64,000 nt of DNA, taken from positions 110,112,001 to 110,176,000 of the forward strand of contig CM059426.1 in NCBI GenBank assembly GCA_030390025.1, written 5' to 3'. Origin of the DNA: Squalus acanthias (lineage: Eukaryota). Of the stretch, positions 25,208 through 37,873 are shown piece after piece (the stretch's first letter is position 1; each line of letters begins with the position of its first letter). The translations under genes and the position numbers were made by a program. The notes under the pieces are model-generated. The model searched no databases. It was given only the letters and a program-made list of their open reading frames with translations, and was not told the DNA's origin.

Positions 25208-26845
25208 ATAAGAACATAAAAAATAGGAGCAGGAGTAGTCCATTCGGCCCTTTGAGCCTGCTCCACCATTCAATAAGGTCATGGCTAATCTTATACCCCA
25301 ACTCCACCTATCCCCATATCCCTTGATTCCCTTAATATCAAAAAATCTATCGATCTTTATCTTGAATAGACTGAGCATCCACAGTCCTCTGGAGTAGAGA
25401 ATACAAAGATTCACAACCCTTTGAGTGAAGAAATTTCTCCTCATGTCAGTCCTAAATGGCTGACCCCTTATTCTGAGACTGTAACCCCGAGTTCTAGACT
25501 CCCCAGCCAGGGGAAACATCCTCCCTGCATCTACCCTGTCAAGCCCTGTAATAATTTTATATGTTTCAATAAGATCACCTCTCATTCTTCTAAATTCTAG
25601 GGAATATAGGCCTTGTCTCCTCAATCTCTCCTCATAGGACAATCCCCCCCCCATCCAGGATTCAGTCTGGTGAACCTTTGTTGCACTCCGTCTAAAGCAA
25701 GTATATCCTTCCGTAGGTAAGGAGACCAAAATTGTACACAGTACTCCAGGTGTGGTCTTACCAAGGCCCTATATAATTGCAGTAAGACTTATTTACTCTT
25801 ATACTCAAATCCCTTTGTAATAAAGGCTCACATACCATTTGCTTTCCTAATTGCTTGCTGTACCTGCATGTTAACTTTCAGTGATTTGTGTACAAGGACA
25901 CCAAGGTCCCTCTGAACACCAACATTTCCCAATCTCTCACCATTTAAAAAATATTCTGCTTTTCTATTTTTCCTACCAAAATGGATAACTTCACATTTCT
26001 CCACATTATATTCCATCTGCCATGTTCTTGCCCACTCACTTAGCCTGTCTATATCCTTTTGCAGCCTCTTTGCATCTTCCTCACAATTTACTTTCCCACC
26101 TAGCTTTATATCATCAGCAAACTTGGATACATTACACTCAGTCCCCTCATCTATGTCATTGATATAGATTGTAAGTAGCTGAGGCCCAAGCACTGATCCT
26201 TGTGGTACCACATTATTTACTGTCTGCCAACCTGAAAATGACCCGTTTATTCCGACTCTCTATTTTCTGTCCGTTAACTAATCCCATCAGCTCTAATTTT
26301 GTGCAATAACTTCTTGTGTGGCAATTTATCGAATGCTTTCTGACAAAAGAGTATACTACATCCACTGGTTCCCCCTTATTTACCCTGTTAGTTACAACCT
26401 CAAAAAACTCTATTAGACTTGTCAGACACAATTTCCCTTTCATAGATCCTTGTTGACTTTACCCGTTCATATTATGATTTTCTAAGTGTTCTGTTACCAC
26501 GTCCTGAATAATAGATTCTAGCATTTTCCCTACTACTGATGTCAGACTAGCTGGTTTATAATTCCCTGTTTTTTCTCTCTCTCCTTTCTTGAATAATGGG
26601 GTTACATTTGCTACCTTCCAATCCACGGAATTCTGGAAGATCAAAGCCACTATCCACTATCTCTGTAACCACCTCTTTTAAAACCCTAGGATATAGGCCA
26701 TCAGGTCCAGGGGATTTGTCGGCTTTTAGTCCCATTAATTTCTCCAGTGCTATTTATTTACTAATACTCATTTCTTTAAGTTCTTCATTCTCACTAGACC
26801 CTTGGATCCCCACTATTTCCGGAATTTTTTTGTGTCTTCTTCCGT
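25208..26845 (-). mobile_element. CR1 LINE, 5'-truncated
   Basis: VPQGSVLGP, KFADDIKLGG, NYKPASLTSVVGKMLE; 3' tail at 25208. Confidence 0.92.
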
Positions 26846-27850
26846 GTGTCTGGTCCTACCTCGCTGAGTGAATGAGGAAGCCGGGGATTGTTTCCATTAA
26901 AGCAAAGAAGGCTAGGAGGAAATTTTTATTGAGGTTTTTAGAATTTTGAGAGCCAAAATAAGGGAAATTTTTTTTTATTTTGGTTGGGCACTCAGTGACA
27001 AGGGGTCATCAATATATATTTGTCACTAAGGGGTTGAAATTCTGCTCCTGGTGCATCAGCTTCAGGCGGGGATCATGGCCTGGACCCCTCAAGATTTGGC
27101 CAAGTATATTTTTTTAAGTTTGTGCAGGGGCTGTGAGGACAGCTGTGGGGGGACCTGGAACCCCACTCCACCCCAGAGCAGGAGTCTTCTGCCGAACTGT
27201 CCAGCAGCTTCACCGGGGGAAGGGGCAAGAGTACCCGAGGTGTACCCCCAGTCCGTCTAAGAGAAATGTTCGTGTGAAAAGATGTGCTCAAATCACTAAG
27301 CTTATTGCAACAATTACATTTTCTTTTGTGCTATTGAACTTGATACATTTGTGAACCATTACAATTGCATTTGATTTCAACATACTGATTCCGAACGATT
27401 TGTATAGTTTAAATGATCATGCTTTCCTGAAATCGCTGTAACTTCTCAATCTCTATTGCTGACTTTATTTTGCAGTGCTGTATATTTCAAAAAAATGGAC
27501 ATCTGTAGAACTGGAAGTGCTAAGATATTTGACTTTTTTTGCTTTACAAAAGAAATGAATTTCATTTTCTCTTGAGGTACCCGGTAAAGGCAAGATTGAA
27601 GCTAAATTGAAAATTCAAATGGAATTAAAAAAAGACATCAGATTCCTCTGTGAATTCAAATGGATCTGGTAGTTGTTTTTCTGATAGTTTCGTATGAGTC
27701 ACCACTTGATGGTGTGGGACATTTCCTGAAACTGCAGGTGAATTAAACACAAGGGCCCTGCATCTCTTCGAGCTTGGGCAGACTGCTGGCATAAGAGGAG
27801 TGAGAGAGGACAGACGGGGCAGGAAATACAGTGGGACCCAGTAACACCAG

Positions 27851-28549
27851 GGGGGAAAACTTGAGTCGTGCCCCCTTTGGGGCGCTAACGTCGCCGGGTT
27901 TAGCGCTCCGGAAAAATTAGCGCCCCCGCGGCCGAAATTGAGTGGTAGCGCCCCAAGAGGGAAGCGGGGCGCTACTGGAAGGACCCCACCTCCCTCTTGG
28001 GGTGCTGCGAGGGAATATCGCGGCGCTACGTGCCATGGTATTGCAGGCCTTCCACCCCTTCTTAAAGGGGAGGGACCTTGTGGAGCACGACCCAGGGCCC
28101 AGCTGGGCCACCGGGGATCAGAGTGCCGGCAAAAGAGCCCGGCACTCATGGCGCGCAGCCGGCACTCCGTGGGGGGGCGGATCAGGAGGCCGGCGACAGG
28201 AGCGGAGGCAGGTGCTGGCAGGTGGCCAGCAACAAAAATGGCATCTCGGCACCTCACCTTTAAATAGCGCCGCCCTGGCTGCAGGTAGGCCCACCTGACC
28301 CCGTCGGACATAGCGTCCGGCGGTAAGTCAGGGGCGCTACCAAAGATCACGGCTGGGGCGCGAATGGGGTGCTGCGCACGGTGATGATGTCATCGCCGGC
28401 GGCGCAGTGCTGCGGGGCGCTAACGGTTACCGCCGCCGCGAACCTCCTGCTGAATTTTGCGGGAGGCGTTAGCAGCGCTACGTCTGGGCGCTAGTTGCTT
28501 TGTGCACCGTTAGCGCCCTAGAGGCGCAAAGCAACCGAATTTTCCCCCC
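27851..28549. mobile_element. GC/CpG-rich Harbinger-type MITE
   Basis: TIRs gggggaaaacttg / cgaattttcccccc with subterminal ggcgctaacg inverted repeat; TSD CAG (27848-27850, 28550-28552). Confidence 0.78.
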
Positions 28550-29504
28550 CAGGAATCTGTCCTGCACCAATTTACTCTGAGGGTGGGCGCAGGTAATAGT
28601 TGCATCCACCGTCTTACAGCACAATGTAAGAAAAAGAGGCAGGACCGGTCAGCTGGCATCAACCATGGGAATTCCCGCTGCTTTTGCCTCCTACTGGATG
28701 CCGGTAAGATAGCCATGTTCAGTACAGTGGAGCAGCAGATGTGGGGCCGACAGGAATGTTCCAGGATGACGTCATAGCCTGGAACACTCCGAAGCTGAAA
28801 TTTCAGTCCCAGTGAAATCGGAATTAAAGGGGCTGATTTCAACTTTCCACTGCAGCTGTACCTGGACCTGCCGGATCCTCTCGAAGCTGCTGGCTGGTGC
28901 TGCAATCTCCACTCCCCCACCTAGCAAGTGCCCGCAATGTGTGCACCAGCTGAAATGTATAAATTGCCTGACCAGAGAACTCTGGCAGGGCCAATCTCAC
29001 TGGTCGCTGGTGGTCTGCCAGCAGAAGAGTCGGGTCACAGATTTTTGGTTCCAAGTTTGTTACAGGCCAAATACTGTGCTGATTCTGTACTAACAGCTTA
29101 AGCTTATTTAACTTCAACATGGTCCATTTGAATGAATTCAAAGCTTTGGATTTGGAATTTAAAACTCTTCACAGTTTGTATAAATAAGACATTGATAAGA
29201 AGCCACTTTTTCCTTTTTTATTGAAAGAAATTATTAAAATGTTCATTTTTTCATCATAATTAACAATATTGCAAGAATGCACTGTTTTACATGTGTACTT
29301 CCTAACAATGTCTTTTCACTAGAAGTAACTTGGCAGCCAATCACAGTGGTCCTGCAATAATTTTTTTTAATGCTTCCCAACCAGCTAATAGCAGGGATGT
29401 CAGGCAGGTGAGATTGCACCTCTCAAGGGCAATTAGGGATGAGCAATAAATGCTGGCATTGCCAGCGATGCCCACATCCCGTGAACGAATAAAAACATTT
29501 TGAG

Positions 29505-30655
29505 ATAAGAACATAAGAAATAGGAGTAGGAGTAGCATGAGATCATGGCTGATCTTCTGCCTCAACTTCATTCACCGGCCCTATCACCATATCCCTTGAT
29601 GCCTTTACTAGTCAGAAATCTATCAACTTCTGTTTTGAATATACCCAATGACTGAACCTCCACAGCCCTCTGGGGTAGAGAATTCCAAAGATTCACCACC
29701 CTCTGTGTGAAGAAATGTCTTCTCATCTCAGTCCTGAATGGCCTACCCTTTATCCTGAAGCTGTGGCCCCTGGTTCTAGACACCCCAGCCAAGGGAAACA
29801 TTCTCCCAGCATCCACCCTATCAAACCCTGTAATAATTTTGTATGCTTCAATGAGATCCCCTCTCATTCATCTGAATTCAAGAGAATACAGGCCCAGTTT
29901 ATTCAATCTCTTCTCATATGACAGTCCCGCCATCCCAGGAATCAATCTCGTGAACCTTTGTTGCACTCCCTCAATGGCAAGTATATCCTTCCTTAGGTAA
30001 GGAGACCATAATTGTACACAGTACTCCAGGTGTGGTCTCACCAAGGCCCTATATAATTGGAGTAAGACTTCTTTACTCCTGTACTCAAATCCTCTTGTAA
30101 TGAAGGCAAGCATACCATTTGCCTTCCTAATGGCTTGCTGCACCTGCACATTCACTTTCAGTGACTCATGTACAAGGACACCCAGGTCCCTTTGAGCAAG
30201 AACATGGCCAATTTTTCACCATTTAGGAAATACTCTACCTTTCTGCTTTTTCTACCAAAGTGGATAACTTCACATTTATCCACATTATATTCCATCTGCC
30301 ATGTTCTTGCCCACTCACTGAGCCTGTCGAGATCCCCTTGAAGCTGCTTCACATCCTCTTCACAACTGACACTGCCACCTAGCTTTGTATCATCAGCAAA
30401 TTTGGAAATGTTACATTTAGTCCCCTCATCCAAATCATTGATATAGATTGTGAAAATCTGGGGCCCAAGCACCGATCCTTGCGGTACCCCACTAGTCACA
30501 GCCTGCCATCCTGAAAAAGACCCATTTATCCCTACTCTTTGTTTTCTGTCTGTTAACCAATTCTCAATCCATGCTAGTATATTACCCCCAATTCCATGTG
30601 CCCTAATTTTGTTCACCAACCTCTTGTGTGGGACCTTATCGAAGGCCTTCTGGAT
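29505..30655 (-). mobile_element. CR1 LINE RT/3' end
   Basis: [39 protein letters not shown]; tail at ~29505. A second-family CR1 tail (+) abuts at ~29415-29500. Confidence 0.92.
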
Positions 30656-30699
30656 TGGACTACCTGCACCCATAGTTACCCTCAAACCTAGATCTACAG

Positions 30700-31230
30700 G
30701 TAGAGACACACCTACTTGGCATATAGGTGTGCCTTGGCTCTCACAGACTGCGCTTCATTCAAGAGGCAGTGGCAGATTTGTGCTGTGTCTGGTAATTTCA
30801 GCCAACCTCCACCAGCGAAATGGTGCTGTCAAAGTCCTCTCAGCCCTGAACTTTTATGCCTCTGACTCTTCCGAGCTGCCACAGAGAACATCAGTAGTAT
30901 CCGTTCATTCGTTGTTTACAAAGAAGAGTTCAAGGTTGGCTCCTTTACCAAAACCAAAGCCAACCTCTTGAGCCCTGGCTCATGACCTCTAAGACAGCCA
31001 TGTACAGTAGCATATAAAAAGTCCATACCTGGAATGCTTCAGGTGCATACAGCCCCAGAAAGTCTCTTAAGATCATCACTGTGCGCTGTGTGCTGCACAA
31101 CTTTATTACCCAAAGGGCTTAACCATGGAGGAGAAAGGCATCCACAGCCAGGATCCAAGCAAGAATTGAATCCTGATGAACTAGCTTTGCAGGAAACTGT
31201 AGTCATTATTTTCTTTATGGCGAGGGATTA
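30700..31230 (+). pseudogene. Internally deleted Harbinger transposase remnant
   Basis: AVKVLSALNFYASDS (cf. [15 protein letters not shown] at ~8000); tggctcatgacc (WLMT); tgtgtgctgcacaac (CVLHN). Confidence 0.6.
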
Positions 31231-31600
31231 GGGACTGTGGAGGAGCAAAGGGATTTGGGTGTCCAGGCACACAAATCACTAAAAGCTAGTGCACAGATAC
31301 TAAAATAATGAAAAAGGCTAATGAAATGTTTGCCTTTATCTCAAGGGGGGCTGGAATACAAAGGGGAGAAAGTGATGCCTCAGATGTACAGCCTTGTTCA
31401 GACCCCACCTGGAGTACAGGGTTCAGTTTTGGGCGCCGCACCTCCAGGAAGAATATATTGGTTTTGGAAGGGGGTACATTGCAAATTCACCTGAATTATA
31501 ACGGTTAAACTTGGCTTTGTTCCCTTGAGTTTAGAAAGTTGAAGGGTGATCTAATTAAAGGATTTAAAATGGCAGTGATGCGATAGGGTAGATAGAGAGA
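31230..31600 (+). mobile_element. Degraded CR1 fragment
   Basis: KKANEMFAFISRG; agaccccacctggagtac (RPHLEY). Confidence 0.6.
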
Positions 31601-32485
31601 AGTTGGGGGTAATTTTGAATTTGTGCAATAGTGTAAAATGAGCGATATTGATCACCCACCTGATTCTCCTGCCATATGTTCTCCTGATTTTCATTTCCAC
31701 AATGGCCTTTGTTATAAGAAAATTGTTGCATTGCTGACAGTGTGGAGAATTCTATAACAAATTGGCATTGACATTTTCCTTCCTTTGTAGCATACTCTAT
31801 TCACAACTTTTAATAGTCTTTGGCCATGAAATACAGCCCCATAGCGCCAGCTGATCAGGCCGGTTTCAGTGAAAAACTGGTGGCCGCTTCGCGTCTGCCC
31901 ACTTCTGGCAGGTCCCACAACGGCCGCCATTTTGGGCAAGTCGGCAGTGCTGCCGTCGCCTGCATTTGCTAGAGAAATAGTAATGAGGCTGCCGCTCCAT
32001 TCAACGCCCTCTCCAAATCCCGAACAGCTGAACATGCGTTCAGCAGCAGGAAGGATCCCCACCAGCAGAATTTAAAGGGATCGACAACAACTTGCAGCTG
32101 ACTTGCTTTTTGATTTGTATTGGCTCTGTTTAAGTTTGTGCAACTGTTTGGAGCTTCCTACAGTTATTTAAAGTTGGTGAGGTGACAGAGAGTGGTGTTA
32201 CAAGTGGAGAATGCCTTGCTTCTGATTTAAAGGGTTCTCCTAATTATGGGGGCTTTCTTGCAGTCCCCCTCGCGCTCAAGTATGACAACATAAAGTAAAA
32301 GATGAAGGGAACACTGAAGATTCAGTCAAGAGTCCCAGTCCTTTCCTCAGTTCACCCTTCGGAACTGCTATAACTGCCTCTCCCAACATTTTCAACACTC
32401 CAATGCCCATAACACATCCCTTTAGACCATGCTTACAACTCCCACATTTTAGCTTTTCACTGACAATCTCATCAGTTCTGAAACA

Positions 32486-32757
32486 GCCCATTTAGGACTG
32501 AGATGAGGAGGAATTTCTTCACCCAGAGAGTGGTGAACCTGTGGAATTCTCTACCACACAAGGCAGTTGAGGCCAATTCATTAAATATATTCAAGAAGGA
32601 GTTAGATCTATTTCTTAAGGCTAAAGGGATCAAGGGATATGGGGAAAAAGCAGGAACAGGGTACTGAATTTGGATGATCAGCCATGATCTCATTAAATGG
32701 CGGAACAGGCTCGAGGGGCTGGATGGCCTACTCCTGCTCCTATCTTCTATGTTTCTT
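32486..32757 (+). mobile_element. CR1 3' end, same subfamily as 46060-48272
   Basis: Near-identical by eye to 47998-48270. Confidence 0.88.
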
Positions 32758-33236
32758 TTCCTACAGAAACTTTACGTGCTTCTGAGCAAGCTTTTCCCAT
32801 TGCTTTTATCTCTAACTATTTCTGCATCAATTTCTCGGTAATTGCTCCTTGTGCAGCTGAGGTGATGGAGTACTGTTTCTGGAGAGGGGAGACCCCTCCC
32901 TCCAGGACCACCTAAACCTTCATTCTTTTGGTGGCTAAGGAGTGAGGTGCCCATACTGCCACCAAGGATCCCAAATCCTGTCCCCAATCTGCAGCAGAGG
33001 GGGTGGGGGGGGGGGGGGTTCCTTTGGATCCACCGGCTTAACAGGATCAATCACGTTAGCCATTGACACCGTAACCAGCTCATTCCATGACTTCGTTCCC
33101 CACAGCGCAACACTATGCATGATGGGAATGGCCCCCGGGACACCACTGGCACCCTGAATGGTCATGACCGTTGATGGTGGAACAGAGGTATCCACAAATG
33201 TAAACGTGGATCCTGTGTCGATCAAAGATATTTCCC

Positions 33237-33361
33237 ATGATGTGGAGATGCCGGTGTTGGACTGGGGTGGACAAATGTGAGAAGTCGCACAACACCAGGT
33301 TATAGTCCAACAGCTTTATTTGAAATCACAAGCTTTCGGAGCGCTGCTCCTTCGTCAGGTG
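33237..33361 (-). mobile_element. Solo PLE pseudo-LTR/tail (family B), ~125 bp
   Basis: TSD aagatatttccc (33225-33236, 33362-33373); homologous to the tail of the PLE fragment at 38660-38751. Confidence 0.85.
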
Positions 33362-33362
33362 A
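33326..33362 (-). ncRNA. Minimal hammerhead ribozyme (PLE family B)
   Basis: TCAC-CTGACGA-A-GGAGC-AGC-GCTCC-GAAA-GCT-T-GTGA; perfect stems I and II; palindromic AAGCTT. Confidence 0.85.
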
Positions 33363-33470
33363 AGATATTTCCCGCTACCCTTTCACACATGCCTTGATGA
33401 GGAGACGGCCACCCCTATCCTGAAGTAAGGGTCCTAAGAGAACGACATGTGTGGTTGAGGCACGGCCTCC

Positions 33471-35189
33471 CTATTGCGATTCCGCCTCACTTGCAGAATC
33501 TCCCCCCAACCTGACCAACTGGATTGCGGTCTCATTCCTGTTTATGATTCTTGCTTCTTTTTCCAGATTATTCAACTTTTCTTTTAACTTCTCTACTTCT
33601 TCAGCCAATCTAGCCCTGCCCTCTATCAACTGGCAGGTCGGGACCCAGGCACCGCCTGGTCCTGCTCCCTTCATGCGACCCCTCCCGGGATTTATCCACT
33701 CAAGCCCTTCTGCCTTCCATCGCTGTAACCCGTCTCACTTCCATGACTGGGATATCTGCAGCTCTCTGATACAGGCTTTCCACCCTCACCATCCATTTAT
33801 CAAAACTCTCATCCCCGCCCCAGACATTTACTTCCAGCACTACTGAGGTGGGTAGAAGAGTCAAACTGATCTGAGTATTATCTCCATAATAACTGATGTC
33901 AATCCAATTTTTTCCGAAGCTTTTACACAACTGAAATATACATCCCCCCGCTTCCTTGGGTCTTTCCCTGGTAATAATGCAAGACGCTTTATCAACTGTG
34001 GCCCTGAGTGAGCACCGAAGGTCGCAACTATTATCCTACAGAGCAGGGACCTGGGGTTTGTTTCAAAAGCTGCCACCTTTCCTCGGTGATTCCCTAAAGC
34101 TCGTAGAATTGTATGAACCCTCTGTTTCTCCGATATGTCCCCCGACTGCCACCATCCCAGAATATTATACCACCATTGGGAAAACTTATTAAAATCCTGA
34201 AGCGGTACAGGTCCCACTTCACCAAGGATAGCTCTCATGTCCTGTAACGTTACCCCTCCTCATACCAGGAAACCTCCAAACCACTAAAGGTAGTGTTCCC
34301 TTCACAACCTCCATAGGGAGTGTAAGATTCATGATCATGCTCTCGCCTTGTCCGCCCGAACGTGCTCCCCTGACTCTCCACAGTATCGGAAGGTCGGGTG
34401 TAATGTTGCGGGGTGACAAGCATCTGAGGAACCAAGGAGGCATCAAACTGCTGATCCTCTGTACCTAACGTCGTCACTCGAACCACATGGGTTTGGGGCT
34501 CTGAAGTCGGAGAAGGCAAAGGGGGTGCAGAAGGGAACGGTTGCCATGGTCCCTGTCCTTTAATCCCCTTTTCAACTCTTGGACCTGGGGAATCCTCTGA
34601 ACACCACCAGGCTTCATCAATTTGTGTCTCTGCTGGGCAAGCTAATACTGCCACCTGCTGCCCTCCCATCCCCGTCTCAGGACGCGGGGTCGTAGGGGCC
34701 CCTCTAACTACTATGCCTGCCCGGGCCTCCGCCAATTTTGCATGCTGCCACTTAGAGATTCCTTTCTCTAGATCTTGATTCCTGTTCTGTTCATCCTCAC
34801 GATGCTGATCCAGTGTCAGAACAGTCCTGGCTGCTTCGAGCGCCTGGAATCACCAGTTTTCTACCTCTTTCCTGACCGCTTCTAACTGCTCTGTAAGTTC
34901 TGCTCGCTGCTGTATAAGTTCTGAGACTTCTCTATCTCTGGTCTCAGCCTCTTCTCCTAAATTCTGAATCCCCAGCATTAGACACTGTAACACTAATGCC
35001 TTTCTCTTTTTATCAAAATTTTAACCAAACACCCTAATCTTTTTTAACCGTCTCCACTAAGGACTGCCGTGTCTCTCTCCATCCTCCTGCCATTCTTTCT
35101 TGCCCTACCCCATAGGGCCGCCCTTTAGACTCAATCCATTTATTAAGAAATGACCAGACCTTGTCCGGAATGTTCCCTGATCCTCCCAT
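33471..35189 (-). pseudogene. gag: Retroviral gag-like gene (frameshifts and stops)
   Basis: gcaATGG start, MGGSGNIPDK; coiled-coil-like segment; PFPSAPPLP (PSAP at 34523-34534); helical capsid-like ORF 33861-34238; ends ...AESQ-TAG. Confidence 0.65.
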
Positions 35190-35346
35190 TGCTAACTGGC
35201 GATCCCTTTAGGTCACGACAATTAAGAGAATACTCACCCCCCTCGAACTGATGTGTGGGAAACACTTCCTCAAACCAACTCTGACTTTAACAAAAATTTG
35301 AAAAAATCACGTTGGACCAACTCATACTTAACGAGATTTGAAAAAA

Positions 35347-35364
35347 ATCATGTCGGGATCACCA
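35347..35364 (-). promoter_or_regulatory. Primer-binding site, tRNA-Trp type
   Basis: TGGTGATCCCGACATGAT vs tRNA-Trp PBS TGGTGACCCCGACGTGAT: 16/18, both differences are transitions. Confidence 0.85.
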
Positions 35365-35367
35365 AGA

Positions 35368-35988
35368 TGTTGGTCTGCTTTCTTGGTCCTTTTCGTCTCG
35401 TTACTTTAAACGCCAGATTACACACACACTCAGTTGTAGCAATGCAGGATTAGTCTTTATTGAAACCTCATACTTCACAAAACCAGTATGAAAGCTGAGA
35501 CATCAGACTATCCACAACCAGTATGAGCTCTGTTGAGACATCATACTTCACGATTCTAATATGAGCTGTTATACAGTGGATCACTCACTATCTTATACCA
35601 ATTTTACCTTTGATCACTACATTCCATTCATGCTACCAATAAATCATAGTACATCAAGGATACATACAGATGCCAACAGAATAACAACATGAACTGAACA
35701 AACAGGCACTTAACTCTTCTAATTATTGTATTGCCATGACCAGAAGTGACCTGATTGTCCTAATAAACTCTTCCCATCATTTTATCACCATAAACACAAG
35801 TGACCTGATTCCCAACCTGACAGGCATGCAGGTCAGCCTTCTGATCTGTGCAGATACATTTGCTTTAAACCCCTTACACAATTTACAAACCGTGCTCAGC
35901 AGAAAGCTGTTATAACTCATCATGCGCTGATCCCACAGACTGCCCAGAAAGGACAGCGAGGTACCCATAGTGAGGAATTTCGCTCCCA
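35368..35988 (-). repeat. 5' LTR (~620 bp)
   Basis: TG...CA ends (5' boundary less certain); TATAA at 35593-35597; AATAAA at 35456-35461; internal short direct repeats (catacttcac, accagtatga); PBS 3 nt downstream. Confidence 0.72.
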
Positions 35989-36648
35989 CTGTTGGGTCCA
36001 CAAGTGCTCTAATGGAGTTGCCCATCACTTCCATCCTGGAAATCATGAACTCCAAGCTCCGCGCAAAGCCCCTTGCAATGTTGGAGCCGGACTCCTCCAT
36101 GCTCCTTGACAATGATGAGAGGCTCTCTGGCAGGCTTGTCATTGCACCAAGCATTGCATGTCCATCACCCTTCTTCTGAAGGTTGCCCCATCGAGGTCAT
36201 CATCTGAGTCCAGTGCAGCACAACCCGTGTGCAAACTCACCCTCCAGGGAGCTGGCACCAGAGCTATACTTTCCCCCTGGCCTGGCTGCACCCCACTCGT
36301 ACCCGGTGACTCACCGCATGCAGATCCCGCCTCTATACTATCCTCTAAAATCTGCACAGTGCCATTCTCTGAGCTGGTGCCTGGGAGTGTCACATCGAGC
36401 GAAGGTGCCTCTTCTTCTCCTTCACTCTCCTCCTCTACAACTTCGGGGACAGGCTGGGCTGGTGGAACTTCTAGGGTATCTGAAAGGAGAAAGGCACAAG
36501 GGTCAGGTTGTGGTGAGGATAGTGGAGGAAAGCAAGATGTGCATGCTTACACCATCAGCAGCTTGTAATTGAGAAGAGATTGTGGGATGAGGGGGTAGTG
36601 GGATGTGAGAAGAAGGATTAAGTATGAGGATACCATCACCATCAGCAA
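35989..36648 (-). pseudogene. Remnant of a second Harbinger Myb-partner gene (3' exons); exon 2 continues at ~39335-39475
   Basis: LSSLSRSMEESGSNI parallels VQRMEESISNM at ~9720; cttgcag acceptor then ANGAHNRWEQQ at ~39470 parallels exon 2 of 9145-10972. Confidence 0.55.
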
Positions 36649-37873
36649 TGCTTTGTGTCTGTCTTCACGGAAGAAGACGCAAAAAACTTCCCGGAAATAG
36701 TGGAGAACCAAGGGTCTAGCGAGAATGAGGAACTAAAAGATATTAGTATTAGTAAAAAAGGAGTACTGGAGAAATTAATGGGATTGAAAGCTGATAAATC
36801 CCCTGGACCTGATGGCCTACATCCTAGGGTTTTGAAAGAGGTGGCTGTAGAGATAGTGGATGCATTGGTTGTCATTTTCAAAAATTCCATAGATTCTAGA
36901 ACGGTTCCCGCGGATTGGAAGGTAGCAAATGTAACCCCACTATTTAAGAAAGGAGGGAGAGAGAAAACGGGGAACTGCAGACCAGTTAGCCTGACATCAG
37001 TAGTAGGGAAAATGCTAGAATCTATTATTAAGGACGTGGTAACAGGGCACTTAGAAAATAATAATAGGATTGGACAGAGTCAACACCGATTTATGAAAGG
37101 GAAATCGTGTTTGACAAAACTGTTAGAGTTTTTTGAGGTTGTAACTAGCCGAATAGATAAGGGGGAACCAGTGGATGTGGTGTATTTGGATTTTCAGAAT
37201 GCATTCGATAAGAGGCTATTAAACAAAATTAGGGCTCATGGGATTGGGGTAATATACTAGCATGGATTGAGGATTGGTTAACGGACAGAAAACAGAGAGT
37301 AGGAATAAACGGGTCTTTTTCGAGTTGGCAGGCTGTAACTAGTGGGGTCCCACAAGGATCAGTGCTTGGGTCTCAGCTATTCACAATCTACATCGATGAT
37401 TTGGATGAGGGGACCAAATGTAATATATCCAATTTTGCTGTTGATACAAAGCTGGGTGGGAATGTAAGTTGTGAGGAGGATGCAAGGAGGCTTCAAGGGG
37501 ATATAGACAGGCTAAGTGAGTGGGCAAGAACATGGCAAATGGAATATAATGTGGAGAAATGTGAAGTTATCCACTTTGGTAGGAAAAATAGAAAAGCAGA
37601 GTATTTTTTAAATGGTGAGAGATTGGGAAATGTTGGTGTTCAGATGGACCTGAGTGTCCTTGTACAAGAATCACTGAAAGTTAACATGCAGGTACAGCAA
37701 ACAGTTAGGAAAGCAAATGGTATGTTGGCCTTTATTACAAGAGGATTTGAGTGTAAGAGTAAAGACGTCTTACTGCAATTATATATGATGCGGAGATGCC
37801 GGCGTTGGACTGGGGTGGAAAAAAATGAGAAGTCGCACAACACCAGGTTATAGTCCAACAGATTTATTTAAAA

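Larger units (their letters stand above)
33050..33470 (-). pseudogene. pro: Retroviral aspartic protease, interrupted by a PLE mini-insertion
   Basis: After removing 33237-33361 and one TSD copy: DRVGRLLIKACVKG*REISLIDTGSTFTFV...TIQGASG; in frame with the gag stop. Confidence 0.78.
32760..35988 (-). mobile_element. Endogenous retrovirus, internally deleted (5' LTR-PBS-SD-gag-pro and a possible IN C-terminal remnant); no 3' LTR seen
   Basis: LTR, tRNA-Trp PBS, splice donor GG|GTGAGT at 35237, Gag with MG start and PSAP, in-frame TAG, then DTG protease. Confidence 0.75.

Noticed and set aside
27476-27577. AG...GT-bounded candidate exon
   Set aside because: Stops in all frames; no coding support.
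27625-28350. 241-aa ORF and CpG-island-like region
   Set aside because: Lies largely within a GC-rich MITE bounded by TIRs and a TSD; no recognisable domain.
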